A DNA stretch of 64,000 bases. Source: an uncultured Bacilli bacterium. Its GTDB lineage: Bacteria; Bacillota_I; Bacilli_A; RF39; UBA660. The position numbers and the translations under genes are program-made. Positions 61,573 to 64,000 of the stretch are shown in pieces (position 1 is the first letter of the stretch; every line of letters starts with the position of its first letter). The DNA lies in contig CAKOWQ010000003.1 of assembly GCA_934122395.1 (NCBI GenBank), forward strand, positions 37,141 to 101,140, given 5' to 3'. The notes beneath the pieces were generated by a model. That model had not been told where the DNA came from and did no database searches. It worked only from the letters and a program-made list of their open reading frames with translations.

Positions 61573-63795
61573 ATGGAAAAAATATTAGATCTTATAAAAA
61601 AATATAAACTATTTTTAAAGTATATTGTATCAGCTGGGATATCTTTTGTTTTAGATTTATCACTTTTTACAGTATTTTCCATTTTATTAAAAGGAAATAA
61701 AGTAGTTAATTATATTTTAATTGCTACTATCTTAGCTAGAATTATTTCTTCACTAATTAATTATTTACTAAATAGAAATAGTGTATTTAAGAAAAATGAT
61801 AAGGTAATGGATGCTAATACATTAATTAAGTATTATGTACTAGTGGTAATCCAAATGTTTGTATCTGCTACTTTAGTAAGTCTAATTTATGATGCTACTA
61901 ATATATATGAAACAGTTATTAAAATTCCAATTGAAATAATACTATTTTTGGTTAATTACTTTGTTCAAAAGAAATTTATTTTTAATGATAAGGTAAAAAA
62001 AATAGAGTGGAGTAAGCATACTAATCTAATTAGTGTTTTATTAGGTATAATTACAACTTTTAGTCTTTTGTTTCAAGTAACATCTAAGCTTAAGTTTACA
62101 CGTAGTAATACTATGATGATGACTTATGTTGTATTAGCTGTTTTACTAATATGCTTTTATAAAAAATATTTATTTAAATTTGAAAATAAATTAACGTATT
62201 CAATTATTTCGATAATTTTCAGTTTATTAATGGTATTTGGATATAGTTATGATGTAGTACATAATGCCTCTTTAGTAACTGGAAATATTGCTTTAATTAT
62301 TTTTTCAATATTAAAGTTTATCGGATATTATACCCTTTTTAATACTAGTATTAAATTATTTGATAATGTAGTTAAAAAAAGTAAGTTAAAAAATAAAAAA
62401 TTACCTAAAATATTTGACTTATTTGATAAGCATCCTTTTATGTTTAGCTTTATAGTTATTTTAATATGTTACCTACCATATATAATAGCATTTTATCCAG
62501 TAATTATTAATTATGATGCTGCTAATCAAATAAAAGAGGTTATGGGGATGCATACTAGATATATGGATAGTGTAGTATTATTAAATCCTAATGTAACTCT
62601 TACTAATTTTAATCCTCTTATTCATACGTTATTACTAGGTGGATTATTTAAATTTGGTTATTTAATAGGCAATGTTAACTTTGGAATGTTTTTATATTCT
62701 ATAGTACAGTTAAGTATTGTTATAAGTGTTTTTGCTTATTCTATATATTATTTAAAGAAGTTAAAAGTCAATAATACTTTAATTTTAGTTGTTTTAGGAA
62801 TATATTCTTTAGTACCGCTATTTCCTTTATATACGATGACTGCTGTTAAAGATGTTATATTCTCATCACTTGTATTTCTTTATGTAATTATGTTATATGA
62901 TATGTTGAAATTTAAATGGAGTAAGAAAAAGTATATAGGATTTGCATTTTTAGTATTGTTAATTATCTTATTTAGAAATAATGGTATATATACAATTATT
63001 CTATCACTTCCTGTTGTATGCATTTTAAAGAAAGAATTAATGCTACCAATCATTCTTGTATTAGTATTTAATATTGGAATGTATATTGGTTATAACAAAA
63101 TATTATTACCTCACTATGAAATTGCTAATACAAGTGTTAGAGAAATGTTATCAGTGCCTTTTCAGCAAACTGCAAGACTAGCTAAATATTATGATGAAGA
63201 AATTAGTGATGAAGATAAAAAAACAATTGATAAAGTCTTAGGATATAATGATTTAGGTGAAAGATATCGTACTGATTTATCTGATCCTGTTAAAAATAAA
63301 TTTAATAAGTATACAACAGATGAAGAATTAAAAGATTATTTTAAAGTATGGTTTAAGTATTTATTAAAAAGACCAGTTGTATATATTGATGCAACCATAA
63401 GTAATATGTATGGATATTTTTATCCTAATACTAGTGCTTGGTATGTATATACTGATTTAAATCATAAATTACCTGAGGCTGGTTTTGATTATCATTATAA
63501 TAATTTATCTTATTTAAGAATTGGATTAAAAGGCATTGCAGAAGCTTTTCCTTATATTCCAGTAATTGGTGCTATTAGTAATATAGGAATAGTAGTTTGG
63601 ATTCATATTTTATTAATAGGTATGTTAATAGTTAATAAAATGAAAAAATATATAGTGGTATTATTGCCATCATTGACATTTATTTTAGTATGTATTGTAG
63701 GACCTGCTAATACGTATTTTAGATATGTATTGCCATGTGTTTTTGCACTACCAACAATAATTTGTATTTTGTATAATGAACTAAAAAATAATTAG
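61573..63795 (+). CDS. Fusion of a GtrA-like (4 TM) domain with a large polytopic membrane domain (candidate GT-C-type extracytoplasmic glycosyltransferase)
   Basis: The first 140 aa or so have the GtrA pattern (KYIVSAGISFVLDLSLFTVF...INYLLNRNSVFKK...VNYFVQKKFIF). About 12 more TM helices and a soluble loop (YDEEISDEDKKTIDKVLGYNDLGERYRTDLSDPVKN) follow. Confidence 0.6.
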   Translation: MEKILDLIKKYKLFLKYIVSAGISFVLDLSLFTVFSILLKGNKVVNYILIATILARIISSLINYLLNRNSVFKKNDKVMDANTLIKYYVLVVIQMFVSATLVSLIYDATNIYETVIKIPIEIILFLVNYFVQKKFIFNDKVKKIEWSKHTNLISVLLGIITTFSLLFQVTSKLKFTRSNTMMMTYVVLAVLLICFYKKYLFKFENKLTYSIISIIFSLLMVFGYSYDVVHNASLVTGNIALIIFSILKFIGYYTLFNTSIKLFDNVVKKSKLKNKKLPKIFDLFDKHPFMFSFIVILICYLPYIIAFYPVIINYDAANQIKEVMGMHTRYMDSVVLLNPNVTLTNFNPLIHTLLLGGLFKFGYLIGNVNFGMFLYSIVQLSIVISVFAYSIYYLKKLKVNNTLILVVLGIYSLVPLFPLYTMTAVKDVIFSSLVFLYVIMLYDMLKFKWSKKKYIGFAFLVLLIILFRNNGIYTIILSLPVVCILKKELMLPIILVLVFNIGMYIGYNKILLPHYEIANTSVREMLSVPFQQTARLAKYYDEEISDEDKKTIDKVLGYNDLGERYRTDLSDPVKNKFNKYTTDEELKDYFKVWFKYLLKRPVVYIDATISNMYGYFYPNTSAWYVYTDLNHKLPEAGFDYHYNNLSYLRIGLKGIAEAFPYIPVIGAISNIGIVVWIHILLIGMLIVNKMKKYIVVLLPSLTFILVCIVGPANTYFRYVLPCVFALPTIICILYNELKNN

Positions 63796-63843
63796 TTCAT
63801 TTTCTTTTTTTAGCATGTTATAATGAGATAGTAGAGGTTATGT

Positions 63844-64000
63844 ATGAAGAATATTTTTAGTAAAAAAATAATTATAATATTTGTTATAACATTGAGTATT
63901 ATGTTAGTAATATCTAGTATTTTGTTATATTTCTTTTTGAAAAATCAACGTCTTACTTTTTCTTTAGTGGGTGATGAAGTAGTAACCTTAAAAGTTTATC
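63844..64000 (+). CDS. 5' fragment of a membrane-anchored protein; continues beyond the window
   Basis: Manual translation: MKNIFSKKIIIIFVITLSIMLVISSILLYFFLKNQRLTFSLVGDEVVTLKVY. SD agaggt upstream. The frame is open to the window end. Confidence 0.4.
   Translation, partial: MKNIFSKKIIIIFVITLSIMLVISSILLYFFLKNQRLTFSLVGDEVVTLKVY

Overview
This is a 64-kb chromosomal segment from a very AT-rich Firmicute (GC about 30% by eye, not computed). It looks like an endospore former of the Clostridia/Erysipelotrichia type; I cannot place it more precisely from sequence alone. The window is densely packed, mostly plus-strand and mostly housekeeping. It carries pflB(3' end)-pflA, rRNA/tRNA modification enzymes, nfo, uvsE, rpmG-efp, htpG, ileS, serS, galE, typA, trmL, cls and two AMP-dependent acyl ligase paralogs. 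Many sporulation genes are interspersed: spoVS, a lone spoIIIAH after efp, gerE-gerM, a SigE/K-like sigma, sigG, a SEDS protein, a class B PBP, tandem CotY/CotZ-like cysteine-rich proteins and an orphan sensor kinase. I found three tRNAs (Arg-TCT, Thr-CGT, Ala-TGC), two T-box leaders (ileS and a serS operon) and many Rho-independent terminators. I saw no rRNA, CRISPR array, transposase, integrase or obvious prophage or defence island.

The most interesting signals are:
- two orphan type IV pilin genes, one with a dockerin-like double Ca-loop module inserted in its globular domain (7284-8696);
- a cohesin-like/cadherin-like surface protein that might be related to it (48904-50481);
- a G11 homopolymer in the -35/-10 spacer of the promoter of a large TasA/camelysin-like surface protein, a phase-variation candidate (44751-44781);
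- an aldehyde dehydrogenase homologue with both catalytic residues replaced at the conserved spacing (25794-27230);
- a Ser T-box leader controlling an HD-domain alarmone-hydrolase-like gene, a GNAT and serS (35296-37848);
- three 0A-box-like repeats at 10-bp phasing upstream of the orphan histidine kinase (50852-50878);
- a thioester-domain adhesin with a non-canonical sorting signal (14511-16505);
- the uncharacterised NifU-like/GGGtGRT gene pair (40432-42125).

All functional calls come from reading motifs in the supplied translations. No database search was run.
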